A DNA stretch of 64,000 nucleotides from a virus, in IMG/VR virus record IMGVR_UViG_3300033552_000004, positions 2,415 through 66,414 of that record, one strand, 5' to 3'. The position numbers were made by a program, and so were the translations under genes. The notes under the pieces were generated by a model that was not told the origin of the DNA, made no database searches, and saw only the letters and a program-made list of their open reading frames with translations. Below, piece by piece: positions 37,958 through 47,400 of this stretch (the stretch's first letter is position 1; each line of letters begins with the position of its first letter).

Positions 37958-38215
37958 ATGATGAACTTACAGATTGGCGTAGCTAATATGCCAATTAACC
38001 TGATACTTCTCACTAATGGGACTTTGGCATTTGTCCGTACCGACAACTTTAAGGCGCTGTTTGATATGTCACCGTCGCCTGACGGAGTGGGCGCAGCGTT
38101 CTACGAGGACTCGTTTGAAATAGGCGGGGAGGGCTTCGCCTACAACACCACGTATGCGTACAAAGAGATTCCAGCAATGGGGCAATGGTTGCGGCAGCAG
38201 GAGATAAAACTATGA
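37958..38215 (+). CDS. hypothetical protein
   Basis: AGGAGG RBS. Confidence 0.55.
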   Translation: MMNLQIGVANMPINLILLTNGTLAFVRTDNFKALFDMSPSPDGVGAAFYEDSFEIGGEGFAYNTTYAYKEIPAMGQWLRQQEIKL

Positions 38216-38369
38216 ACGACGAAGAATTTAGTTGCAATATTTGCGGCTCACCAGCAACCCACACATTAGGGCATCATGGGCTGTTGCCTCTATGCAACAG
38301 TGTTGTTTGCCATCACACCACTATTGAAATGATTAAAGAAGCGCTAGCACTAGACGCGCAAGGAGCAAC

Positions 38370-38912
38370 ATGAAAAATATTAGTTTCCGAGATTTGCAAC
38401 TGGTCAGCAAGTTTAAAGGTATGAACGAGATTGATATGTTGTCGTTATCTAATGACGACGACATGGTCTGGGCGTTAGACCAGATTGGCTTTGATACAGA
38501 GTATGCCGTTACATATGTTCCAAACGTGCACAGGGATATGCGGAACAAAGTTGGACTGGGCTTTATTGCCGTTGGGGAAATCAACATGAACCGTAGCTAC
38601 ATTAATTCCCCAATGTGCAGCCTGACGGAGCGTATGATTGCAGCAGCCTACATCGACCCGTCACTCACCAGGGAGCTAAGCTCCCTGATGGGTATGCGAG
38701 TTAACTTTCGTTCATTGCTTGAAAATGGCGCTGACAGTAGCAGCGAGGATTTGCCAGAAGATATGCTGGAGCCTGACCGTGACTTTGTCAGCAAGCAGAT
38801 ACGGGACTTGGAAGACCTCCGAGACGCTATACGCGGCCCGCTGCTTAATGATAGGGGAGAGGCAAAAACCTTTGCCGAATATAAAAGCTACGTCAGGGAG
38901 TATATGCAATGA
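38370..38912 (+). CDS. hypothetical protein
   Basis: 180 aa, AAGGAG RBS. Confidence 0.7.
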   Translation: MKNISFRDLQLVSKFKGMNEIDMLSLSNDDDMVWALDQIGFDTEYAVTYVPNVHRDMRNKVGLGFIAVGEINMNRSYINSPMCSLTERMIAAAYIDPSLTRELSSLMGMRVNFRSLLENGADSSSEDLPEDMLEPDRDFVSKQIRDLEDLRDAIRGPLLNDRGEAKTFAEYKSYVREYMQ

Positions 38913-39078
38913 GTAAGTCACGTAATTACTATTGCAACGGTGAGTGGTACACCCTCAGCACAAGCTTGAAGGATGCACCATGCGTAGACTGCGCTTTTTG
39001 CGGGGACGAGGAGCTTTGCTTTGCGGCTCCTCCAGACTGTATACAAAGCTCTTCTACCATTTGGATTATGGTTGTCGA

Positions 39079-39483
39079 ATGAAGTTGTTTGCCGAGGGCA
39101 AGGATGGCGGCTTAGATTCAAACGTCACAGGCTATTGGCTGATTGAGTGGAAGTCGCTATTCTCAATAGCCCTGTTAAAATTTGACAGAGGCAGTCGAGA
39201 AGCATTCCACTCTCACGCTTTTAACAGTGTCTCATGGGTGCTGGCTGGAAAACTCTTAGAGCACAGAGTCTACGACGCCGCTGGGAGTTTGACGCAATTC
39301 AGACCTGGCCTCAAGCCGATTATCACGACACGGAACAACCTTCACAAGGTAATCGGACTCGCTGATAGGACTTGGGTGCTTACGTTCAGAGGCCCGTGGA
39401 AAAAGACATGGCAAGAAAAGTTTGACGATGGGGCGGAGGTAACTCTTACCCACGGAAGAAATATTGTTGAAAGGAATAAATGA
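39079..39483 (+). CDS. cupin-fold protein
   Basis: FHSH.FN..S.VL.G...E...H.V...TW.L...GP. Confidence 0.7.
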   Translation: MKLFAEGKDGGLDSNVTGYWLIEWKSLFSIALLKFDRGSREAFHSHAFNSVSWVLAGKLLEHRVYDAAGSLTQFRPGLKPIITTRNNLHKVIGLADRTWVLTFRGPWKKTWQEKFDDGAEVTLTHGRNIVERNK

Positions 39484-40823
39484 TATCAAAAATTAAAAAA
39501 CGAGACGGTACGCTGGTTGACTTCGATGCTGAGAAACTAAATAAGTGGGCTGATTGGTCTGCTGGTATAGGTGTGGAGTGGGGCACTGTAGCGCTAGGCG
39601 CTTGTCGCAAGTGCTTTGATGGATGTACAACTGACGACTTGCACAATGCCTTGATTGCGGAGTGCGTTGACCGTGAGACTACTGCACATCTACGCATGGC
39701 TGGAAGGCTTTTTATTGGTCAGGTGTACAAACGGGCCTTCGGAGACTGGAGAGAGATTCCTAGCGTGCTGGAGATGTACAGAAGCATGGTTGCAATGGGT
39801 TTGTGGGAGATGATGGATTACTCTGACGAAGAGCTAGCCATGTGTGATGGATTTATCAATCACCAGCTGGACATGGATGCGACACTGACGGAGTCCAAGC
39901 AGATCGTTGACAAGTATGCCATTGTTGACCGGGTAGACAAGAAGGTGTTTGAGTCTCCGCAGTTTGTGTACATGCGTATGGCCTTGGGCAATATGAAAGA
40001 CATGCCGCGTGAGCGGAGAATGAAGGACGTCGAGGCACTCTACTACGGCTACAGCCGGAAATTGATTAACCCGCCAACCCCGTTCTCGATTAACTTGGGC
40101 ACACCAAAGCGACAGTATGCGTCTTGTTGTGTTGTTACAACAAAGGATACGGCTGCAAGTATTGCTGCGGCAGATCACATCGCTTACATGATGACTTGTG
40201 CATCAGCAGGCATTGGTATGCATTTGAAGACCCGCAGCAAGGGTGACAAGGTGCGTGGGGGCGCTATTCAGCACCAAGGCAAGCTGCCCTACTACAAAGT
40301 GCAGCAAGCGGTTGTAGCGGCCAATTTGCAGAGCAGCCGGGGCGGGGCGAATACGATGCACTTTAATGTGCTAGACCCTGAGCTAATGGACTTGCTGAAG
40401 CTGAAGAATGTGCAGACGGTGACAGACAAGCGAATTAAGGACATTGATTATTCCTGGGGCAGCAATGCGCTGTTCGCGCAAAAGGTGGCTAGGAACGAAG
40501 ATTGGATGCTGGTGAGCTATGGCGATGCGCCAGAGTTGTACGAGGCGATGTACAAGGCCGACCAGTCTGAGTTTGATCGGCTGTATGCCGAGGTGGAAGA
40601 TGACGATGGTATTCCGAAGCAAACTATTCCCTCACGGGCGATTGCCATTGAGGCGTTGAAAGAGGGGTATGAAACTGGACGGATGTATATGCACTTCACG
40701 GACGAGATGAATCGACACACTCCGTTTAAGGATACGATATATTCATCAAACCTGTGCCAGGAAATTGGATTGCCAACGGCAGGGTACGACTCTGTTGCAG
40801 ATTTATACAAGGAGCAAGAATGA
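39480..40823 (+). CDS. nrdA: class Ia ribonucleotide reductase alpha subunit, N-terminal part
   Basis: ATP-cone IKKRDG, ESPQ, PTP, ASCC, RGGA, SSNLCQEI active-site loop. Confidence 0.9.
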   Translation: MISKIKKRDGTLVDFDAEKLNKWADWSAGIGVEWGTVALGACRKCFDGCTTDDLHNALIAECVDRETTAHLRMAGRLFIGQVYKRAFGDWREIPSVLEMYRSMVAMGLWEMMDYSDEELAMCDGFINHQLDMDATLTESKQIVDKYAIVDRVDKKVFESPQFVYMRMALGNMKDMPRERRMKDVEALYYGYSRKLINPPTPFSINLGTPKRQYASCCVVTTKDTAASIAAADHIAYMMTCASAGIGMHLKTRSKGDKVRGGAIQHQGKLPYYKVQQAVVAANLQSSRGGANTMHFNVLDPELMDLLKLKNVQTVTDKRIKDIDYSWGSNALFAQKVARNEDWMLVSYGDAPELYEAMYKADQSEFDRLYAEVEDDDGIPKQTIPSRAIAIEALKEGYETGRMYMHFTDEMNRHTPFKDTIYSSNLCQEIGLPTAGYDSVADLYKEQE

Positions 40824-41719
40824 GTGGTGAAATTGGGCTTTGCAGCCTTGCAGCAATTGCAGCGAACGTGCCAGATGACAAATATGAGCAAGTAGCCTAC
40901 TACACGCTCTTGTCAATTGACAATGTTATTGATATAATGGATTACCCATTTCCGCAATTAAAACACACCGCGCAAGCGCGGCGTAGCACAGGGGTCGGCA
41001 TTACCAACTTGGCGTATGACATGGCCGTTCGCGGCTTGAAATACACTTCGCTGGAAGGCAAGCAGCACATTCACCGGCTTGCCGAAAGGCACAGCTACTG
41101 GCTGCACAAGGCATCGTTGAGGCTTGCCAAGGAGCGTGGGAACGCTCCTTGGATACACAAGACCAAGTATGTTGACGGCTGGTTGCCAATTGACACGGCT
41201 AACAAGGAGATTGACAAGGTTGTGCAACAGCCTTTGATGTTCGACTGGGAAGCGTTGAGGGCAGAGATTAAGGAGCAGGGAGGGATAAGGAACAGTGTGC
41301 TTGAGGCTGTCATGCCGTGCGAAAGCAGCAGCATTGCCTCATACCACACCAACGGCCCATACCCAATCCGCGACTTGAAGGTCATTAAGACCAGTGGCAA
41401 CAACAAGAACTTGTTCCTTGCACCTGAAATGGAGAAGCTGAAAGGTGCTTACCAGTTGGCCTGGGACATTCCTACGAAGGATATGGTTGAGGTGTATGCT
41501 ATCATCCAGAAGTTCACGGGGCAGGCAATCAGTGCCGACTTTTACATCAAGTATGATAGTGACAACCGTCAGGTCGGGACGAAGCAGATGTTGCAGGACT
41601 TCCTACTAATGAGAAAACTGGGCATGAAGAGCCGGTACTACATCAACAGTCGCACAAGGGCTGAGGCTGAAGTGCCGTACGAAGAAGAGGCACCCGACTG
41701 CGACAGTTGTAGTCTGTAA
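40820..41719 (+). CDS. nrdA: class Ia ribonucleotide reductase alpha subunit, C-terminal part
   Basis: AAGGAG RBS plus ATGA overlap; GEIGLC, G.RNS...MP..SSS, YY pair, C-terminal CDSC. Confidence 0.88.
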   Translation: MSGEIGLCSLAAIAANVPDDKYEQVAYYTLLSIDNVIDIMDYPFPQLKHTAQARRSTGVGITNLAYDMAVRGLKYTSLEGKQHIHRLAERHSYWLHKASLRLAKERGNAPWIHKTKYVDGWLPIDTANKEIDKVVQQPLMFDWEALRAEIKEQGGIRNSVLEAVMPCESSSIASYHTNGPYPIRDLKVIKTSGNNKNLFLAPEMEKLKGAYQLAWDIPTKDMVEVYAIIQKFTGQAISADFYIKYDSDNRQVGTKQMLQDFLLMRKLGMKSRYYINSRTRAEAEVPYEEEAPDCDSCSL

Positions 41720-41726
41720 TTAAACC

Positions 41727-41746
41727 GGAGGGGCATTCGCCCCTCC
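41727..41746 (+). other. GC hairpin between nrdA and nrdB
   Basis: GGAGGGGC-ATTC-GCCCCTCC. Confidence 0.55.
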
Positions 41747-41758
41747 TTCAAGGAATAT

Positions 41759-42847
41759 ATGGAACTTTTTAACACGCAAAACACAGCATGGAAAGACGGG
41801 CGCTACAGCCTGTTCTTGGGCCAGCAGCCAGCACTGCACGACACAATCAACCTCAACTACCCCAGCATTGACAAGATCACGCGCAAGCAGATCAGCAATC
41901 GCTGGATGTTTGATGAGTTCAACCATGACCAGAGCCGGATGGACTTGCTCAACTGCCCACGCAGTGTGTACCAAGTGATGCTGATGAACTTGGCATTTCA
42001 GTGGGAAGCTGACAGCCTGGCAAGCCGAGCTATCGCTCCAGCCTTTGCCCCGTTTGTCACTAACAGTGAATTGTGGGAAGGGCTGTTGGAAAATACCAAC
42101 ATGGAAATTGTCCATGCTAAGACTTACTCCGACATCGTTCGTCAGTGTGTGTCAGACCCTAGCGAGGTATTTAAGATGGTCATGGAGAACGATCAGACCA
42201 TCATGCGCTGTGACACTCTGAACAAGGCTTTCAGTAGCCTGCTTAAAACTGGTGCAAAGTATTCGCTTGGGCTTGTGCACAACAATCAAGAGACATACAA
42301 CGCCGTCTTCAAGGGGATGTTTGCCCTGTTCATCCTTGAGCGTCTGCAGTTCATGTCTTCGTTTGCAGCGACCTTCGCCATTGTCGAGCAGGGGTACTTC
42401 CAGAGTATTGGTAAGGCTGTGCAGAAGATAATGATTGATGAAGTGGACTGCCACGCAGCGCTTGATCTTGAAGTGCTGCGGATTGAATTACGCACAGAGC
42501 GGGGCAGGGCAGCGCTGGTGGCATGTCTGCCAGACATGCAGGCCATGCTGGACGAGGTTGTTTTGCGAGAGATTGCATGGGGACTGTACTTATTCTCAGA
42601 GGGGCGCAGCATTGTCGGACTGAACCCAACACTGCTAAGGGAGTGGGTGCTATACAATGCACAAGTTATTTACGAAGAGTTTGGTCTGGTAAGTCCGTAT
42701 GCTACAATAGCGTTAAATCCCTTGCCTTGGATGGGAAACTGGATTGACGTAGATAAGACTCAGAATGCTAATCAAGAGGCACTAGGCAACAACTACGCGT
42801 TGAATGTTGTTAAGGACGATTTGGGTGATGAAGAGTTGGAATTTTAA
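41759..42847 (+). CDS. nrdB: ribonucleotide reductase beta subunit
   Basis: W...E, ADS, E.VH..TY, LE..QF..SF, DE..H di-iron ligands. Confidence 0.92.
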   Translation: MELFNTQNTAWKDGRYSLFLGQQPALHDTINLNYPSIDKITRKQISNRWMFDEFNHDQSRMDLLNCPRSVYQVMLMNLAFQWEADSLASRAIAPAFAPFVTNSELWEGLLENTNMEIVHAKTYSDIVRQCVSDPSEVFKMVMENDQTIMRCDTLNKAFSSLLKTGAKYSLGLVHNNQETYNAVFKGMFALFILERLQFMSSFAATFAIVEQGYFQSIGKAVQKIMIDEVDCHAALDLEVLRIELRTERGRAALVACLPDMQAMLDEVVLREIAWGLYLFSEGRSIVGLNPTLLREWVLYNAQVIYEEFGLVSPYATIALNPLPWMGNWIDVDKTQNANQEALGNNYALNVVKDDLGDEELEF

Positions 42848-43150
42848 TCTCAATAATGAGAAGGAGAACTATGACAGTTGATGAAAAGTGGGATTTCTTG
42901 TGCATGAAGCACGACGAGTTCCTGGCGCGGGGTGACAGTTACCTCACAGCCTACGCTCTGGCGCAGGATGAACTGAAGGCAGAAGTAACGCGGAGGGCTG
43001 CAGAATTAACGACAACGAAGTAGCATACTACCGCGAACACATGCTGCATCACTACCTTGCCTGTGGGTATTCTGTGTGGGATGCAGAAGACATGGCCCAC
43101 AGGGCTGCTGAAGAGCAGCGTGAAGCTCACGAATACGAGGCGCTGCCCAC

Positions 43151-43363
43151 ATGGTAGTGGTCTACTCAAAACAGAGTTGCCCTCAGTGCGTGGTTGCCAA
43201 AAGCAAACTCACCGCTGCAGGCATCGCATACGAAGAAGTTCGTGTTGACCTTGACATGTCGGCACGTAGCATGATTATGGGCATGGGCTTTCGCTCTGTG
43301 CCAGTTATTTTTCAGGCCGGTGAGCCGGTTAAACTAGAAGACTTGCTTTTGCAAGTCAAATAA
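43151..43363 (+). CDS. glutaredoxin/NrdH-like redoxin
   Basis: YSK..CPQC...G.RSVP. Confidence 0.85.
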   Translation: MVVVYSKQSCPQCVVAKSKLTAAGIAYEEVRVDLDMSARSMIMGMGFRSVPVIFQAGEPVKLEDLLLQVK

Positions 43364-43374
43364 AAGGAGAATTT

Positions 43375-43560
43375 ATGGGGAATATTATTTCAGGCATCCT
43401 TGGCATTCTCGCAGCGCTTGCCATCATCGTCGGTTTCATCTATGGATACATCGCCAACATCGTGTCGCTGGTGACTCAGAATGAGGCTACCGGCATGATG
43501 ATCGGTCGAGTTATCGGCATCTTTGTAGCGCCGTTGGGTGTTGTGCTGGGGTACTTTTAA
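43375..43560 (+). CDS. small membrane protein
   Basis: Two hydrophobic helices; R.IGIF..PLG.VLGY. Confidence 0.65.
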   Translation: MGNIISGILGILAALAIIVGFIYGYIANIVSLVTQNEATGMMIGRVIGIFVAPLGVVLGYF

Positions 43561-43763
43561 TGGCTCGACAAGAGTTTAAAGCAGGCGACAAGGTTGTGTT
43601 TGGTCGTGGCAAAAGTAATCGTGCAATGCTCGACATTACTGTTGGGAAGATTTACACGCTTTGGTTTGATGTTAGCCTTGTCTTCACTGACGACGAAGGA
43701 GACGCTCAAGGGCTTGCCGAGTTCACTGAGGCTGGTGGAAAACCCACAAAGGTGCTGGTATGA
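43560..43763 (+). CDS. hypothetical protein, paralog of 43760-43987
   Basis: KAGD.VVFG..K......ITVGKIYT...F.DD.GD. Confidence 0.65.
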   Translation: MARQEFKAGDKVVFGRGKSNRAMLDITVGKIYTLWFDVSLVFTDDEGDAQGLAEFTEAGGKPTKVLV

Positions 43764-43987
43764 GCAAGTACAAAGCAGGCGACCTCATCGTATTTGGAAA
43801 GCGAAAGCGACACAAAGACTTGCTGGGTATTACTATCGGGAAGATATACACTGTTGAGGATGACGGCTCCGGTTGTGGCCCTGACGACTTATTCTTCTTT
43901 GACGACGACGGCGACGAACGCTATGCGCCTCTGGATAAAGAGTGCAAAGACAAATACAAGCCGACGCTTATTGTCGGCTCAATTTAA
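43760..43987 (+). CDS. hypothetical protein, paralog of 43560-43763
   Basis: KAGD.IVFG..K......ITIGKIYT...F.DDDGD. Confidence 0.65.
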   Translation: MSKYKAGDLIVFGKRKRHKDLLGITIGKIYTVEDDGSGCGPDDLFFFDDDGDERYAPLDKECKDKYKPTLIVGSI

Positions 43988-43996
43988 AAGGAAAAT

Positions 43997-44266
43997 ATGA
44001 ACATCACTATTGAAACAAAATCCGGCCCAGTCGCAGTTGACCAGGAATTGCTGAATGGCTACATCGACGAAGCAGGGCGGCACTACGCCAAGATTGACGA
44101 GGCCAAGGGCGACCTCAAACTGATTGGCGAAGCGCTGGAAGAGAAGACAGGCATCAAGGCAGCCCTGCTTATGAAGTATGCCAAGGCGAAGTACGCCGAC
44201 AGCACTGAGGCCACGACGGAGCTTGGCGAATTGTTTACGCAGCTTGACGCTGCTACAGTGGCGTAA
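43997..44266 (+). CDS. T4 DsbA/GapR-like dsDNA-binding protein
   Basis: L..YI.EA..H..KI......K.I....E.GI....L.K pattern and 89-aa size resemble T4 DsbA. Confidence 0.5.
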   Translation: MNITIETKSGPVAVDQELLNGYIDEAGRHYAKIDEAKGDLKLIGEALEEKTGIKAALLMKYAKAKYADSTEATTELGELFTQLDAATVA

Positions 44267-44411
44267 TGAAATACACCCTTGGCACGTACCTCCAGTATGC
44301 ATTCTTGCCAGCCTTTGTAGTCATACTGATGTGCGAGGATGTGTTGCAGGGCTGCAGGAATCTCGCTAATAAGTTTTCTAAGCGGCATTGAAAATAGTAC
44401 AGACGCAAAAA

Positions 44412-44442
44412 AGCGGAGGCAAGCCCTAAGCCTGCCTCCGCT
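44412..44442 (-). terminator. terminator between converging transcription units
   Basis: AGCGGAGGCA...TGCCTCCGCT stem with a minus-strand U-tract. Confidence 0.75.
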
Positions 44443-44469
44443 ATAAAACACCTACCAGGGTGATAAAAC

Positions 44470-44997
44470 TTATCCTTTAACAGGTTCCGCCCTAGCTAGC
44501 AGTTCAGTCTTCTGCCTGCTGCTGGAGGTGGTGCTGAAATAATACGCCAAGCACCCTGTCCAAGCTGTACCCATCGTTCCGAACATGATAAACAGAATAT
44601 CCTTGTTGGCTACAGGTATGCTGCCAAACATCAGGGCAGCTACAAGTGAAAAGTAGCCTGCTGTAACAATGTACGCCAAGTTCCTTGGCGTATTATCCTT
44701 CACACTCATCTCGCGCAAACGCGCACTGTTCCTGTCGCTGGCCTCAACCGTGAGGGTATCCTTGGCGTCAGCGAATACCAATTCTTGCATCTTCAACGCA
44801 AACATCTGGTCGGCATTTTTCAATGCCAGCAGCTGCTCCGGTGTCGTGCCTGCCAACGCCTCAGTGATTGCTGCCTCTGTCTTGTCAGACAAGCCGAGCG
44901 CATCAGCAACACTCGCCAGAGCAATTCCACCCAATGGCCCGCCTAGCGCTGCGCCCAACATTGGGGCAACCTTGCCTACTACATCTTTCCAATCCAT
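44470..44997 (-). CDS. putative holin-like membrane protein
   Basis: P.LG.ALGGP.G start, DR.SAR.RE, TM helices, YYF..SS; adjacent to the endolysin. Confidence 0.7.
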   Translation of the reverse strand: MDWKDVVGKVAPMLGAALGGPLGGIALASVADALGLSDKTEAAITEALAGTTPEQLLALKNADQMFALKMQELVFADAKDTLTVEASDRNSARLREMSVKDNTPRNLAYIVTAGYFSLVAALMFGSIPVANKDILFIMFGTMGTAWTGCLAYYFSTTSSSRQKTELLARAEPVKG

Positions 44998-45638
44998 TAA
45001 ACTACTCCTAATACCTTCTTAAAGGCGTTGTACATTTCCAGCCTGTGTGCGTAGCCGATAGCATCCCCAACCTTGGCAGTTTTACGTCCCAAGTTGATTG
45101 CGTCCGATACCCCGTCGAAGTCCCCCACATCGGCGAATTTATTGAGGGAGTTTGCTTGCCAAAACCACCCTGAAACATCGCAAGCGCCTTCGGTGGTGCG
45201 AATGTACTCACTCACCGTTAAAACGTCTTTGTCCGCTGACATTGCGTACGAGATGTGGTTGTCCTTGCCTGTTAGCTGGATAAGGCCACCGCCACGGTAT
45301 TTCCACCCATCGCCAGAGGCTTCGTCGCGGTTGCCCATGCGCGAGGCATACACCTTGTTTGCAATCTTCTCAGGCTTGCGTTCGTACGCTTGAGCAAGGG
45401 CCAGGGTGGGGAAGCGGGTAGGCCATGTCGCCATCAATCCCTTGGCGCTGTAGTTCAGGTTTTCTTCCGTACTTGCAAGAAGCCCTGACTCATGCATGAT
45501 TTGTGCTAAGAATGCTGCCTGGCGAAGTGGGGTGGTTATGCCATACCTTGCCATCGCGTCGTTTAATGGCCTCACGAAAACCGCTGCACGTAGCTTAGCT
45601 GATGGCGTTGCCCTGACAATCTGATCTAGCGTTATAAT
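44997..45638 (-). CDS. GH19 chitinase-like endolysin (probable ATT start)
   Basis: AAFLAQ..HES, ENLNYS, GDGWKYRG.G.IQLTG..N; frame open to ATT 45638 with AAGGAG RBS. Confidence 0.88.
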   Translation of the reverse strand: MITLDQIVRATPSAKLRAAVFVRPLNDAMARYGITTPLRQAAFLAQIMHESGLLASTEENLNYSAKGLMATWPTRFPTLALAQAYERKPEKIANKVYASRMGNRDEASGDGWKYRGGGLIQLTGKDNHISYAMSADKDVLTVSEYIRTTEGACDVSGWFWQANSLNKFADVGDFDGVSDAINLGRKTAKVGDAIGYAHRLEMYNAFKKVLGVV

Positions 45639-46072
45639 TTTTCAGGCTCCTTAGTCGTTGCGGCGGGTTTATGCTTGTCTACCCAGCCCTGTACGTGCTC
45701 TCGCATCCAATCAATTGCTGCAATTCGTTGCCAACCTGCCGCCATCACAGCAGCAAACCTTACCTCGGACGGAACCTGCAACCCCCAAGAGCGTGCTGCC
45801 TGAATCAAGAAGAAAGCTGCCATGCCTGCAATTAGACTCTTTAAGGCGTCCCACACAGCCTCACGCGCAATGTCTTTTACGACACGCTTGTCAGACTCAA
45901 GGCTCAAAATAGTACGTATGACTCCGCCAAGCAAAGCAGTCAGTGCTGCCCATTGCAACAGTTCTGATTCGTAGGGGCCAATGAACCCTCCAAGCGTTGT
46001 AGCCTGGACCGTTTTAGCCACTAAGAACGCCCAAGCGAACAGCAGTATAAGGGTGATACGGTGACGGCTCAT
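45632..46072 (-). CDS. membrane protein (holin/antiholin candidate)
   Basis: Several TM segments in the lysis cluster. Confidence 0.6.
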   Translation of the reverse strand: MSRHRITLILLFAWAFLVAKTVQATTLGGFIGPYESELLQWAALTALLGGVIRTILSLESDKRVVKDIAREAVWDALKSLIAGMAAFFLIQAARSWGLQVPSEVRFAAVMAAGWQRIAAIDWMREHVQGWVDKHKPAATTKEPEKL

Positions 46073-46503
46073 GCAACATCCTCCTTTATACGGTTGTGCG
46101 TGTTTAAGCTATAAGCCAAGAGCGCAGCCGTTGCTACACATGTTGAGCCGTTGAATAGGAAAATTTCAGTGATGCTTCCGAAATCTAGTCCTCTACTTAG
46201 AAAGGCAAGGTAGACCCAAAACACCCCGCTTGTCAGTATTGCCCAACAAGCTAGTCGGGTGACGTTCCTCTGCTGGGGGTGTGCCCTACCAACAACCTGC
46301 ATTGCCATGTATGGCAAGACAAGCAGGGCTAAGGACATCCACAGGTACGCAAAGATTTCCGGCGAACTGGATAGACTGGCAATCTTACCAATCATGCTGC
46401 CCGGTTGGAATATCCACATACCTGTTGTAACCATACTCTTTGAAAGCTCGAACGCCAGCACAGCACCCACCAGTCGCACTTCCGGGAGTTTGAGACTAAT
46501 CAT
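46069..46503 (-). CDS. multi-pass membrane protein
   Basis: About 4 hydrophobic helices; ATG 46503. Confidence 0.65.
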   Translation of the reverse strand: MISLKLPEVRLVGAVLAFELSKSMVTTGMWIFQPGSMIGKIASLSSSPEIFAYLWMSLALLVLPYMAMQVVGRAHPQQRNVTRLACWAILTSGVFWVYLAFLSRGLDFGSITEIFLFNGSTCVATAALLAYSLNTHNRIKEDVA

Positions 46504-46922
46504 GCGCTCGCTTCCTTGATTGTGCACAGGACGTTGTACAGGCCGTTGGGGCCGTAGCGCCAAGGCTCTTTCAGCCCAAGAGCCTCAGCAACCCACTCGC
46601 TACACCAGTACTTATCACCCTGCCCGCGCAGAGGGGCGAGGACGAATCTGACCTGCCCAAACAGGTCATACTTAACCCCTTCTGTGGCATTAAAGAACTT
46701 CCTTGCAGGCTCCTCGTAGTGGGCGGGCAGCGTGAGGTAGTCCCACGTATTCTCGCCGGGGTTAATAAACTTGCCCCTCACTTTCATGTCGTCCATGAAA
46801 GACGCACTTGCCCATAAACCGTTGCTAAAGACAACCTCGCAATGACTGTATGGCCCAGCATCCCACCACTTAACAAGCTTGTCACCAATCATGTTCCCGC
46901 CCTTGTGAAATGCTACCTTCAT
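46500..46922 (-). CDS. permuted papain-like (YiiX/YebB-type) protein
   Basis: YSHCE...KYD..G...WCSEWV. Confidence 0.7.
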   Translation of the reverse strand: MKVAFHKGGNMIGDKLVKWWDAGPYSHCEVVFSNGLWASASFMDDMKVRGKFINPGENTWDYLTLPAHYEEPARKFFNATEGVKYDLFGQVRFVLAPLRGQGDKYWCSEWVAEALGLKEPWRYGPNGLYNVLCTIKEASA

Positions 46923-47389
46923 AGCGTCACCTCATCAGGGGTTGGGTTACGGAGCGTATACAAATCAACCACCGCCACAGCAGCTGCAGCGACTAAACCT
47001 TGAGCGGTGCTTCTTTCCGCAGTGTCAACATCAACCTCTGACTGATTAACAATAGTGGTAAGGTCGTCTTCGTAGACAACCGCCACTGGCGATAGCTGCA
47101 GCCGGGCTTGAGCAGCCTCCAAGGCGAGGACATTAGAGAGCAGCACCGCGTCAGCGCGTGCTGCTATGCCCAAAGCTGCAACCCTGTCAGTCGTAGCTTT
47201 GAACAGCCCAATGGCTGCTTGCTCCTGTAGCGTCAAGGTGTGCATTCCAAGCATCCTGCCTTGGATTGCACGACTCACTTCATTCTCCATGTCCTCAGAG
47301 ATGACTGAGCGAATCTCAGCATGGAGCCGCCGCTTAATATCGGCTTCGCTCCATACGTCATTCGCCATCAAGTTGATAAAACTTGCCAT
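46919..47389 (-). CDS. tail-fibre-associated hypothetical protein
   Basis: AAGGAG RBS before ATG 47389; directly follows the fibre gene. Confidence 0.65.
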   Translation of the reverse strand: MASFINLMANDVWSEADIKRRLHAEIRSVISEDMENEVSRAIQGRMLGMHTLTLQEQAAIGLFKATTDRVAALGIAARADAVLLSNVLALEAAQARLQLSPVAVVYEDDLTTIVNQSEVDVDTAERSTAQGLVAAAAVAVVDLYTLRNPTPDEVTL

Positions 47390-47400
47390 GATTACTCTCC

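Noticed and set aside
40754-40830. Intein or group I intron at the nrdA break
   Set aside because: No intervening sequence and no intein terminal residues; the halves abut directly
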